A stretch of DNA of 32,000 bases, from the NCBI RefSeq assembly GCF_003428155.1, contig NZ_QLIR01000018.1, positions 1 through 32,000 of the forward strand. The letters run 5' to 3'. Of the stretch, positions 1-9,113 are shown piece after piece (positions within the stretch are counted from its first letter, which is position 1; each line of letters begins with the position of its first letter). This stretch comes from Fastidiosibacter lacustris (GTDB taxonomy: Bacteria; Pseudomonadota; Gammaproteobacteria; Francisellales; Francisellaceae). Position numbers and translations under genes: made by a program. The notes under the pieces were generated by a model. The model was not told the DNA's origin and made no database searches. It saw nothing but the letters and a program-made list of their open reading frames with translations.

Positions 1-219
1 GATGAATTTATTATTAGTATCCAACATGAGGTTGCTCCTGTTTTTGATTTATTTTGTTTCACGTTTATCAAAACAGGCAACCTCATCTAAGTCAAGATGA
101 ATGTCAGATTATATCTAGACTAATACAATATATGTGTTATAGAAACTGTAATTCAGCTAAAACAGTTGAATCTAGAAGAAATCAAGTCAAGTCTAAACTT
201 CTACAACTTATACAGTTTA

Positions 220-1095
220 TTATAACTTTAAAACTGCAATTTTGAGTTTGTGCATTGCTGCCTCTTCAATTTGTCGTATGCGCTCGGCAGAGACATTATG
301 CTTGGCAGCTAGGTCATGTAGGGTAAGCTTTTCATCAACAAACCAGCGCGACATGATAATATCTTTGCTGCGATCATCAAGCTTATCGATTGCGGCTTGC
401 AATTTCTCTTGCGTTTTTTGCTCAAAATCTTCTTCTGCTAAAGCCTGTTCTGGATTGGCAGATTGATCTTCTAAATACATTGCTGGGTGAAAACTTCTCT
501 CATCGTCATTCTCTTCAATTGGGGCATCAAAAGCCATATCATAAGCATTCATCCGTTTTTCCATTTCAAGGACTGTTTCTGGCTTAACACCTAGCTCTTT
601 GGCAACACTTTGAATCTCATCATCACTAAACCAGCCTAAGCGTTTTTTACTGCTCCTTAAATTAAAAAATAGTTTGCGTTGTGATTTTGTGGTAGCAATT
701 TTTACAATGCGCCAATTTTTGAGAATATATTCGTGCATTTCTGCTTTGACCCAATGAACAGCAAAAGATACCAAGCGTACTCCCATATCTGGATCAAAGC
801 GTTTAACTGCTTTCATAAGACCAATATTACCTTCTTGGATTAAATCAGTAATGGGGAGTCCGTAACCTGAAAAGCCACGCGCAACCTTAATAACAAAGCG
901 TAAATGTGACATAATCATTTTTTGAGCAGCTTCGATATCATTTTGGTAACGCAATCGTTTGGCTAATTCCTTTTCTTCTTCTTCAGATAGTATGGGGATG
1001 CTATTGGCAAATCGAATATAGCTATCCAAGCCGTCCGTATCTGATAAGGATGGAATAGGTAAGGTATTTTGTTTTAGAACTAAGTCTTTGCCCAT
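220..1095 (-). CDS. rpoH: RNA polymerase sigma-32 factor (heat shock sigma factor)
   Basis: 291 aa ORF. Sigma-70 family region 2 ([42 protein letters not shown]), RpoH box QRKLFFNLR, and C-terminal region 4 helix-turn-helix ([19 protein letters not shown]). Confidence 0.97.
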   Translation of the reverse strand: MGKDLVLKQNTLPIPSLSDTDGLDSYIRFANSIPILSEEEEKELAKRLRYQNDIEAAQKMIMSHLRFVIKVARGFSGYGLPITDLIQEGNIGLMKAVKRFDPDMGVRLVSFAVHWVKAEMHEYILKNWRIVKIATTKSQRKLFFNLRSSKKRLGWFSDDEIQSVAKELGVKPETVLEMEKRMNAYDMAFDAPIEENDDERSFHPAMYLEDQSANPEQALAEEDFEQKTQEKLQAAIDKLDDRSKDIIMSRWFVDEKLTLHDLAAKHNVSAERIRQIEEAAMHKLKIAVLKL

Positions 1096-1285
1096 AGAAT
1101 AAATACTTAAGTTGTTGTTAGTATTGTTGCATGGTTAAAAAGTATAGCACAGTTAAATCACACAAAAATGGGGTTTTAAGCAAGAATCTGATTTATGCCT
1201 ACTATAGTTTGTTTGATGTATTTTGTTTGCATTATTACACTTAATAAACAAACCGAAATGAAAAGCCACAAAAGCAATTTATTTA

Positions 1286-1361
1286 TGGCGTCCCCAAGGG
1301 GATTCGAACCCCTGTTACCGCCGTGAAAGGGCGATGTCCTAGGCCTCTAGACGATGGGGAC
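1286..1361 (-). tRNA. tRNA-Glu (anticodon TTC)
   Basis: Reverse complement reads GTCCCCATCGTCTAGAGGCCTAGGACATCGCCCTTTCACGGCGGTAACAGGGGTTCGAATCCCCTTGGGGACGCCA. Full cloverleaf, GTTCGAATC T-loop, anticodon loop CTTTCAC, encoded CCA. Confidence 0.97.
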
Positions 1362-1383
1362 ACAAAATGTGTCTAAATATGAC

Positions 1384-1459
<76 letters not shown>

Positions 1460-1745
1460 AAGCCGAAGCTGCATTCTAGTGTGCTTTTTATGGGCTGTCA
1501 AGCACTAGATTTTAATAAACAAAAAAATTACTTCTAATAGGGGTTAATTCCATACATGGTTCTGCTTATTGAGGCAAGGATTTTTATTTAGATATTGATA
1601 AATTTATTCTTTTTATATTTACGTATATTGCCGCCCATCTGAATAAAAGAATCAATAAATTGGAAGATTCACTCTTGGTTTAATTAGGTCTGAGATTATT
1701 TGTACATTAATTTCATCGAGGTTTCATGTTGCAAAAATAATTTAT

Positions 1746-1777
1746 TTCACAGAATATGTGAATAACTACGCTATAAT
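1746..1777 (+). promoter_or_regulatory. Putative promoter/operator upstream of the pilin gene: perfect inverted repeat TTCACA-GAATA-TGTGAA followed by TATAAT
   Basis: TTCACA at 1746-1751, TGTGAA at 1757-1762 and a perfect -10-like TATAAT at 1772-1777, about 45 bp upstream of the pilin ATG at 1824. The -35 is weak. Confidence 0.35.
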
Positions 1778-1823
1778 GATAACACGATCTAGTTAGCGTA
1801 AGTTAAAAAGAAAGTTTCCATCG

Positions 1824-2230
1824 ATGAAAAACAAACGACTCAATTTGGCAGGATTCTCGTTGATCGAATTATTGGTAGTGATTGCTGTGATTGCAATTTT
1901 AACTGCAATTGCGATTCCACTGTATAACAGTTATACGTTGCGTGCACATCGCTCAGATGCAATCAGTGCACTTAGCACAATTGCCATGAATGAAGAAGCG
2001 CATATGCTCAGTAGTGGAATCTATACTGGCACTTTGAATGAGGTCTGGTTAGGTACGACAAGTACAAGAGGCTTTTATGCTATGACCTGTCAGGCGTGAA
2101 TAGTAGCGGCTATGTAATAACAGCAACTCCAATTGGTTCGCAAACTTCTGATAGTGGGGACTGTCCTCATTTAACATTAGCAGCCAACGACGGTTCAATC
2201 ATCAGAACACCTACTGGTTGTTGGGAGTAA
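1824..2230 (+). pseudogene. Type IV pilin (PilE/PilA-like major/minor pilin), disrupted by a frameshift near 2095
   Basis: The first frame (1824..2099) encodes MKNKRLNLAGFSLIELLVVIAVIAILTAIAIPLYNSYTLRAHRSDAISALSTIAMNEEAHML..., a class III prepilin signal with G^F cleavage and Glu5, and stops at TGA 2097-2099. A second frame starts immediately at the junction and encodes NSSGYVITATPIGSQTSDSGDCPHLTLAANDGSIIRTPTGCWE, ending at TAA 2228-2230. That matches the C-terminal part of PilE-like pilins. Confidence 0.8.
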
Positions 2231-2234
2231 GGTA

Positions 2235-2972
2235 TCAAAGTTTACGCCATAAAGCGTTGCCTTTGGATTTTTTATCTAGCAGGGTTAAGTATTCTTCATG
2301 TGCTTTGGGTGTACAATTGTCAGCAAGTAAATCAATAAGCCTTATTTTATTAACTTCTTCAGCTTTTGCATGTGTCTGTATGGTGGAGCTTGTGGCTAAT
2401 AAATGTGTTTGTGTATTGTCGCTTATGTCAGATAAGTTAAATAAATTAAGTTGTCCGCCAGTCATTAATAAATAGACTTCAGCTAAAAGCTCGGAGTCAA
2501 GAAGTGCACCATGAAGTGCTCGATGTTTGTTATTTACGCCGTAACGTGAGCAAAGCGCATCAAGCGAGTTTTTTTGTCCTGGATGTTTTTCTCTGGCCAT
2601 GAGTAAGCTATCAATGATAGTGCAGTGGTTTTCAATCTGTCCCCACTTATTTGACTTAAGGTGTTGAAGCTCCCAATTTAAAAAGGGTAGGTCAAAAGCT
2701 GCGTTGTGTATGATTAGTTCTGAGCCTTGTAGAAATGCTATGATTTCATCAATTTTGTCAGCAAAAAGTGGTTTATCTGCCAAAAACTCATTGCTGATTC
2801 CATGAACTTGGAAAGCTCCTGCTTCAACTTCAATATCTGGCTTGAAATAAAAGTGAAGATTCTTACCTGTAAGTTTGCGACTGATCATTTCAACAGCCCC
2901 AAATTCAATGATGCGATGACCAGCTTTATAGTCAAACCCAGTTGTTTCAGTATCTACAAAAATTTGGCGCAT
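2235..2972 (-). CDS. dnaQ: DNA polymerase III subunit epsilon (3'-5' exonuclease)
   Basis: 245 aa. DEDDh exonuclease motifs: IFVDTETTGFD, HNAAFDLPFLN, HGALLDSELLAEVY. LYS/ALDALCSRYGV region present. Confidence 0.96.
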   Translation of the reverse strand: MRQIFVDTETTGFDYKAGHRIIEFGAVEMISRKLTGKNLHFYFKPDIEVEAGAFQVHGISNEFLADKPLFADKIDEIIAFLQGSELIIHNAAFDLPFLNWELQHLKSNKWGQIENHCTIIDSLLMAREKHPGQKNSLDALCSRYGVNNKHRALHGALLDSELLAEVYLLMTGGQLNLFNLSDISDNTQTHLLATSSTIQTHAKAEEVNKIRLIDLLADNCTPKAHEEYLTLLDKKSKGNALWRKL

Positions 2973-3230
2973 GAAACCTTTCTATTGGTTAGGCAAAATA
3001 TGGTAGCTATTATAGCCAAGCAAATATTGTTTTGACACAGTAATGTTTAGCAATAGTCACTATAGTTTCTCTTCCTTAAATGCACCATGATTGACAATTA
3101 ATACCAAGAGCGATTCAATGAATCTAGCGCTAACTCATTAATTTCATGACTTTTATTAGGTAGAGACTTAAGAGTAAAAAGTTTTGTTATTTATGTTGCT
3201 GAGTTATAGATTTAATTTATAGCAGATAGC

Positions 3231-4373
3231 TTATGGCAAGAAAAGGTAAATTAAGTCATTTAAAAACCGTTGTCCAATCTTGCTAGGGATAAAATATTTT
3301 CCATTTTGAATAAGCAGCTTGCGATTAATGGCTAGATCTAACGTTTGTTCAATCGTTTCTATTCCTAAACCAGTCGTTTGCTCAAATAAGTCAGTTGAGA
3401 ATCCATTGTATAAGCGTAGTGCATTGAGCATAAACTCATATGGACGATCTTCTTTCATAATTTGGGATTGCCCATAAGGAAACCTTTTTTCGCTGATATA
3501 GAGTGTTGGATGCTTGCGCTTCCAATAGCGCTTGATGATATTTTGTTGTGGATAACTTATTTTACTGTGAGCGCCTGCACCTATCCCTATGTAATCGCCA
3601 AAGTGCCAATAATTAAGGTTATGTTTAGCTTGGAGTGTTTTGCATTTGGCATAAGCAGATGTTTCATATTGATCAAAACCTTGCTCACCAATCAATGCTT
3701 TGCCTTGAGTTTCAATTTCATAAAGTAAATCTTCATCTGGCAGCTTAGGTGGTTTCACGGCAAAAGGGGTGTTAGGCTCAAGTGTGAGTTGATACCAGGA
3801 TAAGTGTGTTGGTTCTAAAGCAATTGCCTGGTTTAAATCATAGATAGCATCTCCAACGCTTTGATTGGGTAAGCCGTGCATAAGGTCAAGGTTAAAGTTA
3901 TTAAATCCCGCGCATTTTAGCTTTTCTACTGCATGATAGATATTTTGGTCATTATGAATACGACCAAGGATTTGTAGTTTATCATTTTGGAAGCTTTGTA
4001 CTCCAAGTGATATGCGGTTGATACCCATAGCTTTATAATCACAAAATTTACCATGCTCAATAGTACCTGGGTTAGCTTCCAATGTGATTTCGGTGTTATT
4101 GTCGGTAAGGTTGTGTTGATTAAGGTAATCAAAAAATTTAGATAATGTTAGGCTTGGAAATAATGAAGGTGTCCCTCCACCTAAAAAAATGGAGCTAAAT
4201 TTCCTGTCTTGTAAATCTTGATGATGACTTTCTAAATCACGAATAAGCGTTTGTAGATATTCGTTGGCTGGCAAGGATGTTCTTAATTGATGTGAATTAA
4301 AATCGCAATAAGGGCATTTTTTGACACACCAAGGAAAATGAACATAAAGGCTTATAGGTGGAAGTTTTAACAT
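3231..4373 (-). CDS. hemW: HemW-like radical SAM protein (coproporphyrinogen III oxidase-like / heme chaperone)
   Basis: 380 aa. YVHFPWCVKKCPYCDFNSH (CxxxCxxC), SSIFLGGGTPSLF, and ISLGVQSFQNDKLQILGRIH are typical of HemW. Confidence 0.95.
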   Translation of the reverse strand: MLKLPPISLYVHFPWCVKKCPYCDFNSHQLRTSLPANEYLQTLIRDLESHHQDLQDRKFSSIFLGGGTPSLFPSLTLSKFFDYLNQHNLTDNNTEITLEANPGTIEHGKFCDYKAMGINRISLGVQSFQNDKLQILGRIHNDQNIYHAVEKLKCAGFNNFNLDLMHGLPNQSVGDAIYDLNQAIALEPTHLSWYQLTLEPNTPFAVKPPKLPDEDLLYEIETQGKALIGEQGFDQYETSAYAKCKTLQAKHNLNYWHFGDYIGIGAGAHSKISYPQQNIIKRYWKRKHPTLYISEKRFPYGQSQIMKEDRPYEFMLNALRLYNGFSTDLFEQTTGLGIETIEQTLDLAINRKLLIQNGKYFIPSKIGQRFLNDLIYLFLP

Positions 4374-4807
4374 TATTTGGATTGACCAATGCGAATAACA
4401 AGTACATCACAGTGCGCGCGTTGCAATACACCATTTGCAGTTGAGCCAATAAAGCGCTCAACACCATAGCGACCATGGCTGCCGATAACAATAATATCAC
4501 AGTTAAGCTCTTCAGCAAGCTTGACGATTTTGCGCTTTGGTGAACCATGCAATAGATGAAAATCCGCTTCGATGTCAATTTGTGCCTCCAATGCTTTTAA
4601 ATGCTTCATATTTTCTTCTTCTAGATAATCCTCTAGATCAGAAATAGAAGGAACGCCTGAGGCCATGTAATATGGAATATTTGGTAAAACATTGACTACG
4701 CTTAATTTTGCATTATTGCGTTTAGCAAGAGATACGGCTTGTTCAATGACTGGTTGATTGTCGGCGTGTAGATCCGTCGCGAGTAAGATGTGCTTGTAAT
4801 TTTTCAT
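4373..4807 (-). CDS. Universal stress protein, UspA family
   Basis: MKNYKHILLATDLHADNQPVIEQAVSLAKRNNAKLSVVNV... with the ATP-binding signature GSHGRYGVERFIGSTANGVLQRAHCDVLVIR. The track starts at 4819, but ATG 4807 is preceded by a GGAG-like RBS. Confidence 0.92.
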   Translation of the reverse strand: MKNYKHILLATDLHADNQPVIEQAVSLAKRNNAKLSVVNVLPNIPYYMASGVPSISDLEDYLEEENMKHLKALEAQIDIEADFHLLHGSPKRKIVKLAEELNCDIIVIGSHGRYGVERFIGSTANGVLQRAHCDVLVIRIGQSK

Positions 4808-4989
4808 CAGGAACTCCAAAACTATATTAATGTTGAACGATAAGCATTTTAAAAAACTTCATCTGTAAAAGATAGTGAGAGTTATGGTGAAAAAAATATG
4901 ATTGTGGTCTATTTCGCCAAATACTAGTTGAAATATAAGGGTTAAAAATTTAAGCTAGCCGCTATCGTTTTAAAGTCAATTCTAGGTAA

Positions 4990-5319
4990 ATGATGATGAA
5001 TGCGAATATGGGTAAGTTCATGCAACAAGCGCAAAAAATGCAAGAGCAAATGAAAAAAATGCAAGAGGCACAAGAAAGTATAGAGGTAACTGGTGAATCA
5101 GGTGTTGGTCTTGTAAAGGTAATTATGACAGGTAAACACGATGTTAAACGTGTTGAAATCGATCCAAGTTTGTTGACAGAGGAAAAAGAAATTTTGGAAG
5201 ATCTTTTTGCTGCTGCGGTTAATGATGCAGTGCGTAGAATTGAAACAAAGGCTCAAGAAAGCATGGCGCATTTTAGCAAGGGTTTTAATATTCCAGCTGG
5301 TTTTAAATTCCCATTCTAA
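4990..5319 (+). CDS. ybaB: YbaB/EbfC family nucleoid-associated protein
   Basis: 109 aa. [56 protein letters not shown], immediately upstream of recR. Confidence 0.95.
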   Translation: MMMNANMGKFMQQAQKMQEQMKKMQEAQESIEVTGESGVGLVKVIMTGKHDVKRVEIDPSLLTEEKEILEDLFAAAVNDAVRRIETKAQESMAHFSKGFNIPAGFKFPF

Positions 5320-5343
5320 TTAATCTGATTTAATTCTTTTGAT

Positions 5344-5949
5344 ATGACGCAAAAATTGTTTTCACCTAAGGTAGAAGCCCTGATTGAAGCATTAAAAATA
5401 TTGCCAGGGGTGGGCAGAAAAAGTGCCCAGAGAATGGCGATTCAGCTGTTAGATAAAAAGCCAGATGCTGCTCAGCAATTAGCTCATAGTATTAGTGAGG
5501 CGGTACGTGCTGTAAAACGCTGTACGCAATGTAATATGTTATGCGAAACAGATGTGTGCCATATTTGTGCAAGTCCACGCCGAGACGATACACAACTTTG
5601 TGTTGTTGAGAATATGTTGGATATGATGGCAATTGAAAGTACCGCAATTTATTTGGGCAAATATTTTATTTTACATGGACGTATTTCTCCACTAGATGGG
5701 ATGGGACCTAATGAATTGAAATTACCAAGACTCAAAGCCATTGTACTTCAAAAGCAAATCACTGAGATTGTGATGGCACTTAGTCCATCTGTTGAGGGTG
5801 AGACAACGGTACACTTTATTTCAGATATGTTAAAAGTGCACGAGTGTAAGATTACACGCATTGGCTTTGGTGTGCCGTTTGGTGGTGAGCTTGAGTATTT
5901 AGATCAAAAAACTTTAACACATGCCTTTAATGCACGCGTAAACTTTTGA
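5344..5949 (+). CDS. recR: Recombination mediator protein RecR
   Basis: 201 aa. LPGVGRKSAQRMA, zinc finger CTQCNMLCETDVCHIC, Toprim region LCVVENMLDMMAIE. Confidence 0.97.
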   Translation: MTQKLFSPKVEALIEALKILPGVGRKSAQRMAIQLLDKKPDAAQQLAHSISEAVRAVKRCTQCNMLCETDVCHICASPRRDDTQLCVVENMLDMMAIESTAIYLGKYFILHGRISPLDGMGPNELKLPRLKAIVLQKQITEIVMALSPSVEGETTVHFISDMLKVHECKITRIGFGVPFGGELEYLDQKTLTHAFNARVNF

Positions 5950-5984
5950 TTGACTTTTTATGATAAGTACTAGTCTTGCTCTAC

Positions 5985-6323
5985 TTACAATGCTTCTTCA
6001 TCTTTTTCGCAGGTGCGAATGCGAATGACTTCGTCTAAATGAGTAACAGTGATTTTACCTGAGCCGATTTTATCGCTTTTATTCACCTCAACGATGGCAT
6101 CAATAAACACATCTTTTTGTGTATCTTTGCAGATTACGTCTATTTTGATCTTCGGCAAAAAATCAACAGCATATTCTGCACCTCGATATAGTTCCGTGTG
6201 ACCTAATTGACGACCGAAGCCTTTGACTTCCGTCACCGTAATGCCAGATGCGCCTGCAATTAACAAGGCTTCACGAGTGCGATCCAATAAAAAAGGTTTA
6301 ATATAAGCAGTAATTAGCTTCAT
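5985..6323 (-). CDS. glnB: Nitrogen regulatory protein P-II
   Basis: 112 aa. MKLITAYIKPF, T-loop VKGFGRQLGHTELYRGAEYAVDFLPK with Tyr51 retained, C-terminal VIRIRTCEKDEEAL. GlnB versus GlnK cannot be distinguished by eye. Confidence 0.93.
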   Translation of the reverse strand: MKLITAYIKPFLLDRTREALLIAGASGITVTEVKGFGRQLGHTELYRGAEYAVDFLPKIKIDVICKDTQKDVFIDAIVEVNKSDKIGSGKITVTHLDEVIRIRTCEKDEEAL

Positions 6324-6399
6324 GCTCGAATTAATTTATCAATTTGAATGACTATGCTACATTATGCACTATCTATAAGTAAAGAATTAAGAGTCAGCA

Positions 6400-6654
6400 A
6401 TGAAAATCAATAGCAAAATTATCGACGATGTTGCCAATAAAATTTCTCATTCCCTTCCTAGTGGAATTAAAAGTATTGCAAGCGAATTTGAAAGCAGTTG
6501 TAAAAGCATTCTTAAAGCAAGCTTCGAGAAGTTGGATTTAGTTACACGTGAAGAGTTTGATATCCAAAAAGAGGTTTTATTGAAAACTCGTCAAAAGCTT
6601 GAGCAACTCGAAAAGAAAATCGATGAATTGCTTGCTCAACACGATGGCAAATAG
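6400..6654 (+). CDS. ubiK: UbiK/YqiC family (BMFP domain) ubiquinone biosynthesis accessory factor
   Basis: 84 aa. Small coiled-coil protein with FEKLDLVTREEFDIQKEVLLKTRQKLEQLEKKIDEL, typical of the BMFP/YqiC family. Confidence 0.85.
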   Translation: MKINSKIIDDVANKISHSLPSGIKSIASEFESSCKSILKASFEKLDLVTREEFDIQKEVLLKTRQKLEQLEKKIDELLAQHDGK

Positions 6655-6663
6655 GTAGTTTAG

Positions 6664-8169
6664 ATGTCATTGGCTACTGTTTATAGTCGTGCACAACTTG
6701 GAATTGAAGCACCTTCTGTCACAGTTGAGGTCCATTTATCGCAAGGTTTGCCAAGCTTGTCTATAGTAGGGCTTCCTGAAGCTGCGGTAAAAGAGAGTAA
6801 AGATCGTGTAAGAAGTGCGATCATCAATTCTGGCTTCCAATTTCCAACCAAACGTATCACCATTAACCTTGCTCCTGCTGATTTACCTAAAGAAGGCGGT
6901 CGATATGATCTTCCCATTGCTATTGGTATTTTACTTGCTTCCAAGCAAATCATAGCACCTGAAGTCTTGGAATATGAGTTTGCGGCTGAGCTTTCGCTTT
7001 CAGGGAAGCTGCGTCCAATAAAAGGCATGCTCCCTTTTGCTATTCAATGCTTAAAGAGTAGTCGCAGTCTAATATTTGCACTAAAAAACCAAGAAGAAGT
7101 GGCGCTTGTTCCCAATATGTGTGCTTACTCTGCCAAAAACCTACAAGAAGTTGTTTTGCATTTATCTAGGACTCAACTGCTAAATAAGTTGACTTTGTCC
7201 GAAAAGCAAATGAGTACACAAAGGCTGTTAGATTTAGCAGATGTTAAGGGGCAATTTCAAGCAAAACGCGCTCTTGAAATTGCAGCTGCGGGTGGGCATA
7301 ACCTATTGTTTGTTGGACCGCCTGGTACTGGAAAAACAATGCTAGCTTCTCGCTTTAATACCATATTGCCAGCATTGACGATGGATGAGGCATTAAGTAC
7401 AGCAATGATTGCCTCAATTAAGGGTATGAGCAATATTGCAGAGCGTTTTTATGAGCGTCCATTTCGTGCGCCGCACCACACGTCATCTGCGATTTCCCTT
7501 GTTGGTGGAGGTACTAATCCCAAACCGGGTGAGATTTCTTTAGCACACAATGGTGTGTTGTTTTTGGATGAGCTACCAGAATTTGATCGACATGTATTGG
7601 AAGTTCTACGTGAACCATTGGAATCTGGCACAATTATTATCTCTCGCGCCAACGCTCAAGTTGAGTATCCTGCTAAATTTCAGCTTATTGCAGCGATGAA
7701 TCCTTGTCCTTGTGGTTTTTTAGGCTCACAAGTAAAGTCCTGTAAAGATACGGATGTTCAGATAAAACGTTATCAACAAAAACTCTCAGGACCTTTACTG
7801 GATCGAATTGATTTACAGGTGGAAGTGTTAGAAGTTGATCATCACACTTTAACTAATATAGATCGTCAAGTTTCAAGTGCTGAAATAAAAGCGCGTGTTA
7901 CGGTAGCACGTGCACGTCAGCTTAAGCGCCAAAATAAAATTAATGCCGAACTTCAAGGCAAGGAAATTGATCAATTTTGTGTTTTAGGTAATAATGAGCG
8001 GCTGTTATTGGCGGATGCCATACAAAAGCTTGGATTGTCGGCAAGAGGGTATCACCGTATCTTAAAAATTGCCCGTACTATTGCTGACTTAGAGACCGCG
8101 GATTTGATTAGCAAACAACACATTCAAGAGGCAATTAGCTATCGCAAATTTGAACGTTTTCGTCAATAA
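6664..8169 (+). CDS. comM: YifB/ComM family Mg chelatase-like AAA+ ATPase
   Basis: 501 aa. N-terminal GLPSLSIVGLPEAAVKESKDRVRSAI, Walker A GPPGTGKTML, LFLDELPEFDRHVLEVLREPLE, NPCPCGF. Confidence 0.96.
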   Translation: MSLATVYSRAQLGIEAPSVTVEVHLSQGLPSLSIVGLPEAAVKESKDRVRSAIINSGFQFPTKRITINLAPADLPKEGGRYDLPIAIGILLASKQIIAPEVLEYEFAAELSLSGKLRPIKGMLPFAIQCLKSSRSLIFALKNQEEVALVPNMCAYSAKNLQEVVLHLSRTQLLNKLTLSEKQMSTQRLLDLADVKGQFQAKRALEIAAAGGHNLLFVGPPGTGKTMLASRFNTILPALTMDEALSTAMIASIKGMSNIAERFYERPFRAPHHTSSAISLVGGGTNPKPGEISLAHNGVLFLDELPEFDRHVLEVLREPLESGTIIISRANAQVEYPAKFQLIAAMNPCPCGFLGSQVKSCKDTDVQIKRYQQKLSGPLLDRIDLQVEVLEVDHHTLTNIDRQVSSAEIKARVTVARARQLKRQNKINAELQGKEIDQFCVLGNNERLLLADAIQKLGLSARGYHRILKIARTIADLETADLISKQHIQEAISYRKFERFRQ

Positions 8170-8198
8170 CATAAACATGAATAAAAATGGTAGTGTAG

Positions 8199-9113
8199 AT
8201 GAAAAAAATTAGTTCACAGTTATTAGTCTTTATACTGTATTTATGGAGCAGACTCAGCTTTGGTATGGCGCAACGTATTGGCTGGGTGATTGGATCATTA
8301 TTTTATTACTTTAATAATAATATGCGTAGAGTAGCAAGTATTAACATTGATAAATGCTTTCCTGATCTAAGTGTTTATCACAAAAAGCGTTTGTTGAAAA
8401 AAACGCTTCAGCAAACGTGCATGACAGGCGCTGAAATGCCTGCTATTTTATTCAAAAGTCCTCAAAAGCTATTGCAACAAATTCGTGTGACCCATGGCGA
8501 TAAACTGATGCAAAAGCTCTATGAAGAGGCGCGTGGAGTGATGGTGTTAGGGCCGCACATTGGTAGTTATGAAATAGGTTCTATGTTTTACCCAAATAGT
8601 TATCCTGCGGCAATGCTTTATACTCCACCCAAGATCAAGACTTTGGATCGACTCATTTTACGTGCACGTTCACGCCTATGCAAAAACATGTCTCCTGCTA
8701 GTCACAAGGGTGTCAAAATGCTGTTTAAAGCACTTGCCAATAAAGAAGTCATTGCGATGCTAACCGATCAAGTGCCAGTCGATGCAGGCGGCACTTACGT
8801 TGATTTCTTTGGTCATCCTGCTAAAACCATGAACTTTCCAACGAAGTTATACCAAAAGCTTAAACCTGCTGTTGTCTTGAGTTATGTTGTTAGAAATGGT
8901 ATCGGTAAAGGTTCTACTTTATTTATTGAGGATCTTGAACCTTTGATCAAAAAATATGAAATGCTAGATGATATTGAAGACCCTGTAGCATATGCTTTTA
9001 GTAAGCGTTTTGAAGAAATCATTCGCCAATATCCAGAGCAATATCAATGGACTTATAAACGCTTTAAATATCATCCAGATGGTTTGGACTACTACGAGAA
9101 GGATAAAAAATGA
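8199..9113 (+). CDS. lpxL: Lipid A biosynthesis lauroyl/myristoyl acyltransferase (LpxL/HtrB family)
   Basis: 304 aa. N-terminal membrane segment, HX4E motif in GPHIGSYEIG, DQVPVDAGGTYVDFFGHPAKT, PEQYQWTYKRFKYHP. LpxL versus LpxM assignment not certain. Confidence 0.88.
   Translation: MKKISSQLLVFILYLWSRLSFGMAQRIGWVIGSLFYYFNNNMRRVASINIDKCFPDLSVYHKKRLLKKTLQQTCMTGAEMPAILFKSPQKLLQQIRVTHGDKLMQKLYEEARGVMVLGPHIGSYEIGSMFYPNSYPAAMLYTPPKIKTLDRLILRARSRLCKNMSPASHKGVKMLFKALANKEVIAMLTDQVPVDAGGTYVDFFGHPAKTMNFPTKLYQKLKPAVVLSYVVRNGIGKGSTLFIEDLEPLIKKYEMLDDIEDPVAYAFSKRFEEIIRQYPEQYQWTYKRFKYHPDGLDYYEKDKK

Noticed and set aside
54-245. 63 aa plus-strand ORF at the left edge
   Set aside because: No recognisable domain, overlaps the 3' end of rpoH, and composition looks like chance read-through of AT-rich spacer.
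242-466. Plus-strand ORF antisense to rpoH
   Set aside because: Shadow ORF opposite a well-supported coding gene. The same applies to 390-587, 2218-2475, 3462-3728, 3926-4132, 4297-4578, 6681-7028, 7449-7652 and 10721-11074.
1207-1253. Inverted repeat GTTTGTTT ... AAACAAAC in the rpoH-tRNA spacer
   Set aside because: Arms of 8 bp of low-complexity sequence with a 31-nt gap. Not a plausible terminator, and expected by chance in AT-rich DNA.
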